A stretch of 64,000 bases of DNA, from assembly GCF_035594765.1 (NCBI RefSeq), contig NC_085841.1, forward strand, positions 155,605,574-155,669,573. The letters run 5' to 3'. A model generated the notes under the pieces. That model was not told the DNA's origin, did no database searches, and worked only from the letters and a program-made list of their open reading frames with translations. Shown in pieces: positions 13,100 to 25,900 of the stretch (positions are counted from its first letter, which is position 1; the number at the start of each line of letters is the position of its first letter). The position numbers and the translations under genes were made by a program. Source of the stretch: Anolis carolinensis (lineage: Eukaryota).

Positions 13100-13870
13100 T
13101 CTCAAGAACAGCCTTAAAACAACATGTTAACTAAATGAAAACTGCTTTACTTCAGTAAACATAAAGAACAGCACAAGCAGTTGTATAATGCAAAAGAAAG
13201 CAAAGAAGTCTCAATGCAAACACAGTTCTTAAGTCTCTGGTAAATTCCCAAATCAAGCACCAGTCTTACTTCAGACAAAGAAACAGCAATAAATCCTTAG
13301 GAGCATTTTCCCAAATGCATACTTGAGGCAGGCACAAGGGGAGCGAAGGCTTAAGCATTAGAGTCAGTTTGTTACCAGCAAAAGCTGACTATAGCTGCTT
13401 CTGATTTATAGCCCTGAGTTCCCCCATGCTGCAGTTGCTAGGGTGGTTCCCAATTACTTTAGCATTTCTTGCAGCTAATCTAGCTGAACGGCGTCTCTGC
13501 TCTGTTTCCTTTCGCCTTTCCTGAAATGTGAGTACTTGCAAAATCTCCTCCTCAGATTCCAACTCCGCCTCTAATTTCTTAACACTTTCCCTCCCTCTTC
13601 TGAAGATGAGGAATCCCTAACAAGATGCATGAAAAAATAAGGATATCATTCAAATAAACCAGCACTCCTTTATACAGCTGCTCTCTTAACACTTCATTTA
13701 TCAGGTTTTTGGAAATTGCTGAGCTTCCAGTTAATCCAAGTAGCATAATTGGTATGCAAATTTCCCAGGGGCACAATTGAAAGCCACCTTTATTCATACC
13801 CTTCTTTTATTCTTACTCAATAATAAGCTCATCTCATATCTAATTTGGTGAAAATCTTTCCTGTGGGCAG
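13100..13870 (-). mobile_element. Gypsy LTR retrotransposon remnant (RT fragment 13620-13870 plus probable LTR piece)
   Basis: KIFTKLD and LINEVLREQLYKGVLVYLNDILIFS (degenerate YLDD) on the minus strand; the LTR assignment of 13100-13620 is tentative. Confidence 0.65.
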
Positions 13871-14458
13871 CTAAGCCAGTGTTTTCTGGAACAGCACAAA
13901 ACTCTGAAAAATGTATTTAGGGAGGGTGGAGCCCTATGCCAGATAATTCAAAAGGCCCTGCCCTAAACTACATTTCCCAGAATGGAGTGCATTGCTCACC
14001 ATCAGAGAGATTTGCCCCTCCATAGCCAATAAATTATGTTTGTTCCTGTGTTATAAATGTCATTTCTTAATTGGTTCTATCATAAAAACATGGGGAAAGT
14101 TTATTAAATCTGCACAGGTATATTGGAGAAGTGAGTGGGCAAGTGGAGCACACTTGGAATTCTGAATCAAATACCTGCCATATTGCCTAGAGTGGGATAT
14201 GCAGGTGTCATAACCTGCATCCAGATCAGTGGATGTATCATGTCCCAACAAATGGAAGGGTACTTGACCACCTTCATCCTAAAAAATTGTCATAAGACAA
14301 CCAAGCAGGCCCTGAGAAATTAACGTATGCCATATAAATGATGTTGTATGGGAACAAGCTTTTTCAAACCTGCACAATCTGCAGCCCCACAGGTGTTTTG
14401 GATTTCAGCTCCCAGAATTCCTGACCATTTGACAAGCTTGGTAGGGCTTTTGGGAGTC

Positions 14459-15203
14459 TGTCCCAATACAAGAATGGTATCGATGATGCAAGCCAGACAG
14501 CACTTGCAACTTTAAAAAACGCTCAGAGCCCTGCATGTGCAACAACATGTAAGTCAAGTTTATTTATGCAAATTGCTTTATATTTGTGTTTTATATTTCT
14601 GTATATACTAGATAAAGAATTGGGTAACAGATGGGGTGTTTACACATATCTATTTTGGTACAACAATCATTGCTACTATAAGTATGTACCTATGTTTATG
14701 TTTAGAATACTAACAACATGGAAAGGCCTTGAATGGAAGCAGGAGTAAGCAAGTCTAATTAAGATTAAGTGAGACATCAATATATCCACAAGAACATACC
14801 GTAGACATCTATGAGAACATTCCAAGAACACAGTTTGCATCACAAAACTGTTAAAGACTGTTAAAGATTGATTACAAACAAACACAACCTGAAGAAGGAT
14901 CCCCGAAACAAGGCATTGTACCTGGGATTACTTGTTGTATGTTATATACTTGAGTTTGTAGATACACCATATTCTTGCACTGTTTTTCATTTGAGATTTA
15001 TGTATGTTTTGCTTTATGTGTTACATAATAAGATAGTACCCAGTTGGGACTGTAATGAAAATACTCAGTTATATAAGCATACTGCCTTTTGAATACGCAC
15101 ATTTAAAGCTGTAAGAAAACATATATATTTAAGGTTTTTTTCTAGCAATATTATTGTTATATCATTTTGATATAGATATCTGTGCCTTATTGAGTCTATC
15201 TCA
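14459..15203. mobile_element. Probable solo LTR splitting a hAT MITE (MITE halves about 14365-14458 and 15204-15236)
   Basis: TG...CA-bounded ~745-bp insert between two complementary halves of a short palindromic MITE; no clean TSD seen. Confidence 0.4.
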
Positions 15204-15289
15204 AACACCTGGAGGACCACAGGTTGTGCAGGCCTGCTTTATAAGAACACCTGCATAGACCAGGGCCTTTTCAGTGACTGCTGCTAGAC

Positions 15290-15423
15290 CAGGCATGGGC
15301 AAACTTTGGCCCTCCAGGTTTTTTGGACTTCAGTACCCACAATTACTAACAGCCTACCAGCTGTTAGAAATTGTAGGAGTTGAAGTCCAAAATGCCTGGA
15401 GGGCCGAAATTTGCCCATGCCTG
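15290..15423. mobile_element. hAT MITE (CAGGCATGGGCAAA termini)
   Basis: Near-perfect TIRs; flanks tgctagac and tgttatac (degenerate 8-bp TSD). Confidence 0.85.
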
Positions 15424-15586
15424 TGTTATACTGTGGAACTCCTTCCCAAGAGAGACCAGGATAACCCCATCCCTGCTTGCCTTCAGCAAGCAGGTAGAAA
15501 TCTTCATCTGCTAGCAAGCATTTGGGGAAGAATTAGGGGCAGTTGTCCAGTATTACGTTCTAATGATTTCCAGAATCTGACTATTT

Positions 15587-15587
15587 A

Positions 15588-15638
<51 letters not shown>
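15587..15638 (+). repeat. (TAA)n microsatellite
   Basis: About 17 perfect units. Confidence 0.95.
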
Positions 15639-15799
15639 TCAGCAGACTCTACAAGAGGGAATTAAGGATCTCATTACACAGTTCAATCAATAAGAGTGGA
15701 GTGTGATAAAGTGCAATAGTTGTGGCAACTAATAACTAACCGGGACTATTTATTTGAATGCACATCGAAATAACCATGTTTTAAGGTCCTTTTGAAAGA

Positions 15800-18700
15800 T
15801 GGACACGAAAGATGCACACTGAGATGATTAAACCAATCATCCTGGGATTGTTATCTATTGTTCAATCAAGGGAGTCTCCCCACCCCAGCCCCAATAACAA
15901 TCTGTGATCATTGTCCCGCCGGGTGCTCACTTCTGGCAGAAAGGGGGCAGTTGTGGACAGAGGACTCAGGACTCAGAGGATGTCTCAATAAAGACATTGT
16001 TAAGCTTTCCACCACACACTTCATACCAATAAGACCATGGGTCGTAATTTGAACTAATCAGAGTAATGTCTATTGTGTCACAGAACAACAATTATCTAGT
16101 TGCTTTTTGTAGACGCTTCTGTTCACCCCCCTCTTAATAGGGATTCCTCACAGGACCACTTTTAGAGTGCCCCATAAAAAGTCATTTGATGTCTCTGGAG
16201 TTTGGTTGTATGGCTATAAAGGCTCCATCTTATATGTTTTTAATGCCACATTTGTTAAGAGAGTGGGATTAAATCTCCATGTGCTTTTTCTTTGTATCAG
16301 GGCCTATTTGCCAAGTTAATATTTTGAGACAGTGAGTAGACTAGATAATAGATTCTATTTCAACATCTAAAATATCTGGGAGTAGTGATCTGGGTACAAG
16401 AAAATAGTCTTTTTATGGAATACAGATGATGAGCAGTGGAATAAAAGGTGTAATTCTTTTCTGTGGGCTTAAAATCTTCCATGGGTCAATAAAATCAGCA
16501 TTGGAAATGAGTCTTGCCAGATGTGGGGTTTGATGTTTCTTTTTATTTGGTTGATGGGATTTGTAAAGTTGGGCACTTAATTTGCATGCCTCTCCCCCCC
16601 CCCCCCCAGAATGCAATTCTCTTCTACTATTTAATGTATGGTTATTAAAGAATACATAGAGTCAATCTTTGGGAGTTTGGGGAGAAGTATTGCTAGGATG
16701 AACATTTTATGAAAAGGATGAAGCAATGATAAGGAGCACCAACTGTTTATGTAGACTGAAGTGGGCAGTTTCTATTGGATAGTATAGCAACCCTTCAGGA
16801 TTTATTGGAATTTCCACTTGTTTCAAAAGGGACTCATGTGTTTCATAAAGGGATTTTTAGAGTATGAACCATACTTTTTCTCTGATTTTTCTGAAGAAGT
16901 ACAATGTCAGGTTTAAGCTTTTTTAGTTATTTGATGTTGTGAGCCCATTTGAAGGGGGATCCTAAGCTTTTTAGATGGTTGAATGCTAGCCCAAAATGGT
17001 GTATTTTTCACCAGTGGTGTATATTTCAAAGAGAGGGCTGAAAGAGGAGGTAACAAAAGAGTAGTTCATGTGAAATAGCCCAAGTAAAATATTGTATAAA
17101 CATAGTAACAATAAACAGAGAAAGACCACATGGAAGATAACTCTCAGGTTCCAATCCAACAAACATCAATCTTCTCTAGGGGTGGGCTTGGGGATAAACA
17201 TTACAGAAGTATGTTGGGGAGGAAGGTGAAGAGATCTCAGGCTTATATAGTATGCAATTTGAGAGTATACATTAGAGGGAGAAAGGAAGAAGCATATTGG
17301 CATGAATGAACGGCCGGGGGGGGGGGGGGGGTAGTGTGGCTGGTATTCTATGCAAGTGCCACGGCGGGGAGTGCAGCATGCCTACAAAGAGGCAGAAATT
17401 GAGAGGGAGGAAGAAGATGCCAGATTCAAGTGAAAACAAAGGGAAGGAAAACAGATGTTGATATGGGAGGAAACTGAGCGGATGATACTGACTATTGGTG
17501 AAGATGAACGGAGAACAGGGCCGGCCCCACTATGGAGGCCACGTGAGGCCTCCGCCTCGGGCGCAGGTCCGGGGGGCGCCGTTAGGCTGGGCGGGAGGCG
17601 GGGGAGGCGGGGCCAGGGCACGCTGGGCGGGGGGGCCAGACCTGGCCCTGCCTCCCACGCTACTCCCGCTCGCCCGTCTGGCCTTTTCTAGCTGGCCAGA
17701 CTGCAGCGGAGGTCCCTCCAGGCCGCGATTGCTAGAAAAGGCCAGATGGGCCAGGGCGAATAGCGTGGGAGGCGGGGCCAACTCTGGCCCCGCCTCCCAC
17801 GCTATTCGCCCTGGCCCCGCCTCCCACGCAGCGTGGGAGGCGGGGCCAGGGCACGCTGGGCGGGGGGCGGGGCCAACTCTGGCCCCGCCTCCCGCACTAT
17901 TTGCCCTGGCCCCGCCTCCCACGCAGCGTGGGAGGCGGGGCCAGGGCACGCTGGGTGGGACCAGGGCGTGGGAGGCAGGGCCGGTTGCGGGGGCGCTTTT
18001 CAGCACCCCCGCTTAACATTAAAAATCATCTCCGGCCGGCCCTGACGGAGAAGACTGTAAGAGTAGAAGTGTGTGTGTGTGTAGGGGGACTAGTAGTCTG
18101 TGCGGGTGTCATGAAGGGCAGTACAGTTTAGGGAAAATGACAGTGTGCTCACAAAGAGGTTATTACAGAAAGGCAAAGGGAAGGAGAGGGGTTCAATATG
18201 GGAAGTTCTGGGACCACTCCTATAGTAAAAGCAAAAAGAATGGGTGGAATGTATGTAGATGCAAGAAAAAAATGGATAAACAATGTGGGTTATAAACAAA
18301 ACATTATTAATATATGGAACTGTTACACTTGTGATAGGTGCAGTCATCATACAACATGTGGAGATAGAAGAGTTTTCCTATTGCTTGATTCTTATTCTTT
18401 CAACTATGGTCCAGTCTGATTTGTCTTGGCTGTCTTTGGTGTATGTTGAGGGGCTGATTTCATCTTCTTTTGCTTCAATTTTCAATTTTTGAGTAATCAG
18501 TTGTGTTTTAGATGTAGCAGACAAAACATTTTCTCCTCAGATAGTCAGTAGTTTGAAGGGGAATTCCCACTTGTATTTTATATTTGCTTGTTGCAAAAGT
18601 GTTGTGAAAGGTTTGAAAGATCAGCATTTTCAAAGCGTTTTGAGGAAAGGTCTTGAAATATTTTAATATTCTTGTCCAGATGTTTAAGGTTGTGGATGGC

Positions 18701-19300
18701 GTTGAGTTTCTTTATTACTTGAGGTTTTTTTTGTGGGGGTGGAGAGAGAATAAACAAAGAATAATGTCTTTTCTGGTGGCATTCTGTCTTGTGTTCAAAG
18801 CAAGTGATTAATATGCTGGGATCTATGTTGCTGAGCCAGTAGATAAATTTGCTTGTTCTAATCAGTCCAAAATGTTTCTAAACTCAATATTGAAATATCA
18901 ATTTTGATTCTCAAGGTCTTTGACCTTATTAAGAAATTGTTTTCTTGTTCTAATTTTGATATGAAGTCTTCATGAGAAGTAAATTGTTCCAAGTTCTCAT
19001 CAACAATATCATCTATATTCCTAATACAATTGCTGTTAATTTTGAGTCTCTAGATATTAAGACTCTTTAAGAGGGACTTTTGGTTTTTACAAAAGCAGGC
19101 AAACCTGTAAAATTACCTGGTCTTCAATGCTCTTCGTTGCTTGAATCAATTCACTCCAATTTAGTGTAAAAGTCCTGAAATTGAACTTACTTGATAGTTA
19201 TGTGTCTGCCATTACCAATGGCTAACCATGCCAGTTGAGACTCTTCAGTTTTACCTTAGATTGGCACAAAAGACGGATGGAGACCGAAGATCAGTGCTGC
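15800..19300 (-). mobile_element. Old L1-clade LINE remnant (ORF1 and ORF2 endonuclease region); boundaries approximate
   Basis: Minus-strand remnants NIKYKWEFP (about 18560-18590, ORF1-like), LYETH (about 16835-16850) and DFIDPW (about 16480-16500, APE-like); many stops. Confidence 0.6.
17516..18044. mobile_element. GC-rich non-autonomous hAT element nested in the L1 remnant
   Basis: TIRs CAGGGCCGGCC and GGCCGGCCCTG; perfect 8-bp TSD acggagaa at 17508-17515 and 18045-18052. Confidence 0.9.
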
Positions 19301-19784
19301 CTTCCACTCTTGTAGTTTGTGCTCTATTTTAGCACTAAGTTGCTGGGGCACACTTGAAGGAAGACTTCTGTGTGCAACTGTAAAGGGAATTAGTGGTGGT
19401 GAAGAGTTCCGTAGTCAAGTGGACAGAAGAGGATTCTTGAAACTGTTCTGAGACAACTGTAGAATAACTGCTATCACTACGTTGTGATTTGCATTGTCAC
19501 GGTCATCCTCACTGCCGTTGCCACATTGCATTTTCTTTGATGTGTGATCGAAGGTTTCGGAATATTTGGGTAGTTGTAGTTAACGTGGAATTAGTTTCCA
19601 ATTAGAACTAAACATATGTTTTTAATGGCAACTGCTTTTTTTTAAAAAAAAATAGATATACCTGTTCTGGTTAGACAACAATTCTAATGTTGAACAGTTG
19701 GGGGTGGGATTGTTCCATTTCAATTTTCATCTTTTTTCAATATGAAGAGCGTTTTAAAGGCCGAAGTTATGAAACCCATATGTA

Positions 19785-19918
19785 TTATGCAAGTTCTGTT
19801 TCGCAATTGCAGGAAGCTTTGCACTTTTCCTGAACCCAATCACTCTCACATTCAAATTGGTCGATTATGTTTGTACACTCCTTAGCACTCAGATGATTTA
19901 CATAGTGGCATGCGTTGG
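19785..19918 (-). CDS. CRISP: CRISP-B last coding exon (ICR domain)
   Basis: ctttcag|CC AAC GCA TGC...GCA TAA; 134 nt; six Cys. Confidence 0.95.
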
Positions 19919-22900
19919 CTGAAAGAAATTAATATATTTCAAAAGACAATTAGATGAGATGGAAGATTAAATCCATTTTTAAGATATGATTTTTTCCAGC
20001 AGTTTGCGAAATGTCTACAGCATTGTTTACTAAGGATGTTAAAGAATAGTCACAAATTTTCTCACCCTTGATAAGAAAAGGTGAATAAAGATAAAACAGG
20101 TTTTTTTTCATAAAAAGATGAGGAAAACATTTTTTTCTGTTTCAAACAATGGCCAGAATCTTGTATCATCTTATACTTCACTTAGTACTAACTAAATGAC
20201 TTCTCCTGACCTGACCTCATTCCCCAAACCTGATAGAAACATCATTCACCCATGTGCCAATCACTGGCAGAATAGCCCTCTGGAAACATTCATATTCACA
20301 ATCACCACTTGGTCATGCTTTTGGCACTATTGCCATGATTGTAACTCCCCCCCCCCCAATTATTTGGCCTCAGTTGTATGAGGAAAAAGAGGTCCAATTA
20401 CTAAAGAACAGCTGAATAATGCTTCTGTCAGGTTTGTCTTAAAGTTTTGGGGGGAAATGAAGTATTTTTACTAAAATGTCCCAATATAAATAAATGCATA
20501 CATAAAAATGCACAAAATTCCATAATCTTGCCCAGCATTAAGAACATTCAAAAAGTTGATTCTTATTGGCAAGAACAAAAGAATTAAACATCGAAGGCAG
20601 TGTGTCTTTAGGGCTATCAACAATGAAGAGCTCATGGACCTGCACCTTTTACATACTACCACTCTGACTAGCATTGGCTTAAAGCACGAATTCTCAATTG
20701 GGGGTCCCCAGATGTTTTGGTCTTCAACTCCCAGGAATCCTAACAGCTGGTAAACTGGCTGGGATTTCTGCGAGTTGTAGGCCAAAACACCTGGGAACCC
20801 ACAGGTTGAGAACCACTGGCTTAAAGTTTCTATTTCCACATGAGACTCAGGGCCCTTCCAGACATGTCCAAAATGCAGCACCTGTCTCACTTTTTACCTG
20901 AGGTGTTCAAACAGCCAGTGGGATCTGAGGGTCAGTCCCCACTGCCACTCCGCTTCTGTTGACTCCAAGAAGCCTGGAGGAGCAAGATGGCACCCACCAC
21001 CTCCCCTCAAGCTCCACATTTTACCCCCCCCCCCAAATTTACCAGAAGGGGACGAGATGGGGGTTGGATGGCATCCTGGGTAAACTTTTGTTTGACCCAG
21101 GATTCCATTTAGTCACCCCTGCCAGGAAAGCTCGGGGTTTTAACCTGCTTATTCTCAGGTTTCAGTTTAGTGTAGAAGGGCACTCGTTCCCCTGACTTTC
21201 AGTCAGTAGATTCTGAAAACCGAGCTGTCTTGGTAAAATTAATTGTTGGAAAACTGTAATATAGCATTAATCACTATTGGTCTAGTACAGTGGTTCTCAA
21301 CTTGGGTTCCCCAGATGTTTTTGGCCTTCAACTCCCAGAAATCCTAACAGCTGGTAAACTGGCTGGGATTTCTGGCAGTTGTAGGCCAAAACACCTGGGG
21401 ACCCCAGGTTGAGAACCACTGGTCTAGTAGAAATAAACAATGATTACCCAACCTATGTGAGAATTTCTGGAATAAATTAATACTTCTAAAGCTTGAAGAA
21501 GAACTCCTTTATATAATCAAATACTTACTGCAGAGTTTATTGTCACAGTTGTCTGGACAGTCTGCACATGGTTGACCTTCTTTGTAGGGCTTTGGTAATG
21601 TGTCTAATAGGTTACCTCTGAAAACAAACAGGAATATGAGAATATCAGTCATCAAATGCAGTTCTTCAAAATGCTTTGATAGCGCATACTATAGCACCAT
21701 TGATTTAACCCAAACTGTGTGTTTTTTATTACTGGTTTCAGAAAGCACAAGAAATAATTTTCATGCATGTACCTTTACAGCATTTTGCGCCGGGATAAAT
21801 TAATGTGTGCCGTTATATATTTTTACATGTTGGGTTGTTAAAAGCTACAAGACAACATATAGAGAGACATTGTTGCTCACTTCTTTACATACGACATAAC
21901 GGTGATTAAAAATAGATTTGATCACTTCAGAATTGAGGTTTAAAATTTCAATTCGGCCCAGAAGTTGACTGTTGGCACTCTTGAGACTCCTTCTTCAAAC
22001 AGATTAAAGTAGATAGAGATGGAAAATCAAGACCAAACTAAATGTTTCTGACTATAATACAGTTATATTTTTCTTACGGAAAATGTGACTGACAATTTTA
22101 AATATTTCATTTTTAACCTAATATTTTGATCTCCAAAAGATTGTGTTTTCTTGCTTTTAAAGATCAACATGCAATTCTTCCAAAATATAAATATACAAAA
22201 CATTCCAGAGTTTTGCGTTTTATTTCACCATTCTTCTATAATGTCCAGATGCAGGTGTAAGATTGGGAGGGGGGGGGGTCACCCATTCTCCATTCGGATA
22301 GCTGAATTTTACATCAACAGTAGCAAAGAGATAGTATCTCTCAGAACTCCTGAAGACAATAGGTTACTGTGAGGGGAGGGAGCAGATGACGAGAGACAGC
22401 TTTCAAGGCACCCATAGTTTCAACCACAAATACAACACTCGTTGCTAAATCAGCATCTGCTACTTGCCACTTCATCTTTAAAAAACCCCCAAAACTTTGT
22501 GTTTTCAAATACATTGCAACTTGTACCATTGGTTTGCTTCTGATGCAATAAATAAATAAACAAAATCCCCCACTATGGGGAGTAAGGTGAGGCTGGCAGG
22601 TTTCCCCCTTGAAATGATCACCAGTAGGTAAATGAGCCCCCTGGGAAATTACAATCAGAAAGGTCTTAGCAATTAGCCATTTAATAGGGTCTTTATGTAG
22701 GGTGTTATATATTTTCCCTTCTCCTTTATGCTAAAAGACATATATAATATTTAATTTTGTTATTTGTCATTGTCTTCATAGCTGTCAAATTGTTAACTCT
22801 TAGGGTTGTTGTATGTTTTCCGGGCTGTATGGCCATGTTCTAGAAGTATTCTCTCCTGACGTTTCACCCACATCTATGGCAGGCATCCTCAGAGGTTGTG

Positions 22901-25900
22901 AGGACAACCTAACCTCACAGCCTCTGATGATGCCTTCCATAGATGTGGGCGAAACGTCAGGAGAGAATACTTCTAGAACATGGCCATACAACCCTGAAAA
23001 CATACAACGACCCTGTGATCCCGGCCATGAAAGCCTTCGACAACACATTGTTAACTCTTAGTTGGTATTATTGTTGATTTTACTGTTTTGTAAAAACATA
23101 ACTGAAATATAGCATGATATACTGCTCAGAGTGTTGGAGCCCCTGCTTAGACATGGAAACCCCTGGGACACCCATACTCATTCAGACCTGAAGTAAGTAA
23201 GTAAGTAAGTAAGTAACTTTATTTTTCTACCCTGCCACCATCTCCCAACAGGGACTCGGGGCGGCTAACAAAACAAGTAGAACAGTTAAAACATATTACA
23301 ATAAATAGACCACGATAAAATCGACATTATAGAACAATATATTACAATGATCAAAAACACATTAAAAGCATAAAATGAATAAAAACAAAGTAAAATGGAA
23401 TGAACCACCAGGTTAATGGAGGGGGAATGGTATGGAGGGGATATTTGACCTAAAGTGCAGTAATATAGTTATAAAGTACTGTGGGACAAACGACAAGATG
23501 GAAAAATCCCCTGTGAATAAAACTTGCCAAGAAAATCTATGATAGATTTGTTTTAAGATTGTCACTTATCAAAAATGAAGCACAAAACAGCAAAACCCAT
23601 GCAAGTACACATCATGATCCGCCTCGCTGTCTTGAGGTCCTCCCCCCCCCCCATTAGAGGGTCCCTAAATGGTGGGCTTAGCCCTGTCCAGAAACATGTA
23701 CATTATATTGTTGTACAAATATGTCAAACTGTCCTGTGCATTCGAGATATATTTTTTCTGAGCCTGATGTTTCGGGGGATAGGAGATCCAATATGAAACA
23801 AGTGAAAATACAGTTCTTATGTCAGAAAATTCTCTCCATTCATTTGCTGGAACAATCGGCTGCCGTATAAATTCCTTTCTACACATATAGATTTGGGGTC
23901 CTTTCACATCATTAAACAATTCCACTTGCCATGGCAACATCCTATGGAATTCCTGGATTTCCAGTTGAAAGGAGGAGACTTCTGAATTCTCAGCCACAGA
24001 ACTCATCTGGTGCTTCTCACCAAACCACAAATCCCAGGATTCCACAGGATACAGCCACAGCCTTTAAATTGCAAATAGCACCACTATTGTCCAATATGAA
24101 AGGGCCCTGGGTTTACATGATGAAATGAAGGAGCCCTAGCATACAAGAAGCTCTGTGCTTGTGCAGAGAACAAGTGGGATTTTTGTTCAGGGTAAATTGA
24201 GAACATTGATACTCACGCAGGACAGAAGCGACATATGTAAAAATATGAGTAATTAGGCTGCTTTGGGCAGAAGGCAAATGAACATCCAATCTCATGTGAA
24301 TTATACCACACCATCTATGAGGGAAAAATATTTTGAAGAACAGATACATCTTAACATTAATATTCCAACTGCTATGTACAATCACAAAACAGTATGACTA
24401 TTCAAAGAATATGAAGTGTATCTACTTTCACACTTTATAATTAGCTATGCAAGAGTTTTCATACTGTGTCACCTTGATAACAGTTTTATACATTGTACCA
24501 GCTGTCAGTCCTATCTTCCTGGTGAGGGCAGCTGGTTGAAACTATTATGAACTTTATCCCACAAACGTGTGTGTGTGAGTGTTGGGGGTGGTGGTGGAAT
24601 AGTTTCCTTTCTGTGGTGTCCTATAGTGTTCCATCTTTAAAGAAGGTGAAAAATTTACTCCCCCCCCCCCCCCACACACACAATCACACAGGATCTCCTT
24701 CTCCTGCTTCTAGCTCAACCATCCACTTTATTCCCATCATATGGGCAGGTGATGTCTCCTCCCATTTCAAAATTACCAGCACACTTAAAAAAAAAAAGCA
24801 TTCTTTTTAAACGACTTTCCCTGAGATCCTTTGCCCTCAAGCCCTTTATACTAGAGGAGATACAAAGTACCATTCGTGAGATACCACGCTCCCTGGGACC
24901 GTTTAACCCTCAGGCCCCTTAGACTAAAGAAGCGACCCACACTGTCTTTAAACAACCAATGAAAACAAAATGAGCATTACCAGACTACCCACAAGACCAG
25001 CCACTCTTTAAGTTCACTACAGTGATCTAAAATGGGAAAATCCGACAGTTCCCATATCACATTCAAATAAGTACTTTTATTCGTTTCTGCGTAAATTAGG
25101 AGCTCTCAAGATGATTGCTCTCCAACTCCAAAAACCTGTTTCTACACATTTTAAAGAAGGAGCCCCATGGGCAAGGGATGGCAGTACTCTTGCATCCCTT
25201 GATGGGCTCCATGAGACTCCATTTAAAATGTTTTTAAAATGTGTAGAAACCAGGGGAATCTTGTGTCTGATGTGGTCCATAGTCAGGTATAATACATGTA
25301 ACTCGTATCCCTAGAGATGTAGTGATTACTTTTGCATGAAGATCGCATATTCAATTAGTGCCTAGGAGTAACCTGGCTTTTGCTTCCTTTGATTTGTTTA
25401 CTGCCTCTTTTGTCTGGGTAGTGTTCACTGGCCCTTGATTGCTGACTGCTTGAAGACCTCCTGTGTCTGGAAGGTGTTCATTAGTTACTGTCTTGATTCT
25501 GGTATTTTTCAATACTGGTAGCCAAATTTTGTTTATTTTCATTGTTTTTTCCTTTTTCTTGAAATTGTCCATGTAATTTTGAATTTCAATGGCTTTCCTG
25601 TGTAGTCTGACATAGTGGTTTTCAGAGTGGTCTAGAATGTCTGTGTTTTCAAATAATATTTTGTACCCAACTTGGTTTATCATGTGTTCTATTATTGCTG
25701 ATTTTTCTGGCTGAATTAGTCTACAGTGACTTTCGTGTTCTTTGATTTGTTTCTGGGTGCTGCATTTGGTGGTCCCTATGTAGACTTGTCCATAGCTGCA
25801 CAGTATGCAGTAGACTCCTGCAGTAGGCATGGGAAAACTTTTTTGCCTTGGGGCCATAGTGCAAGCCTGGTCAGGAGAGAGGGGGCTGGGCACATGCTGG

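Larger units (their letters stand above)
22804..23046. mobile_element. Penelope-like element: inverted pair of terminal-repeat ends
   Basis: About 102-bp inverted arms (22802-22903 and 22913-23014) with a 9-nt spacer; 15-bp TSD attgttaactcttag at 22789-22803 and 23047-23061. Confidence 0.85.

Noticed and set aside
17382-18131. Overlapping Gly/Ala/Pro-rich ORFs on both strands
   Set aside because: They result from few stop codons in a GC-rich hAT element bounded by TIRs and a TSD
22800-23061. Two near-identical 82-aa ORFs on opposite strands
   Set aside because: Mirror translations of the Penelope inverted repeat
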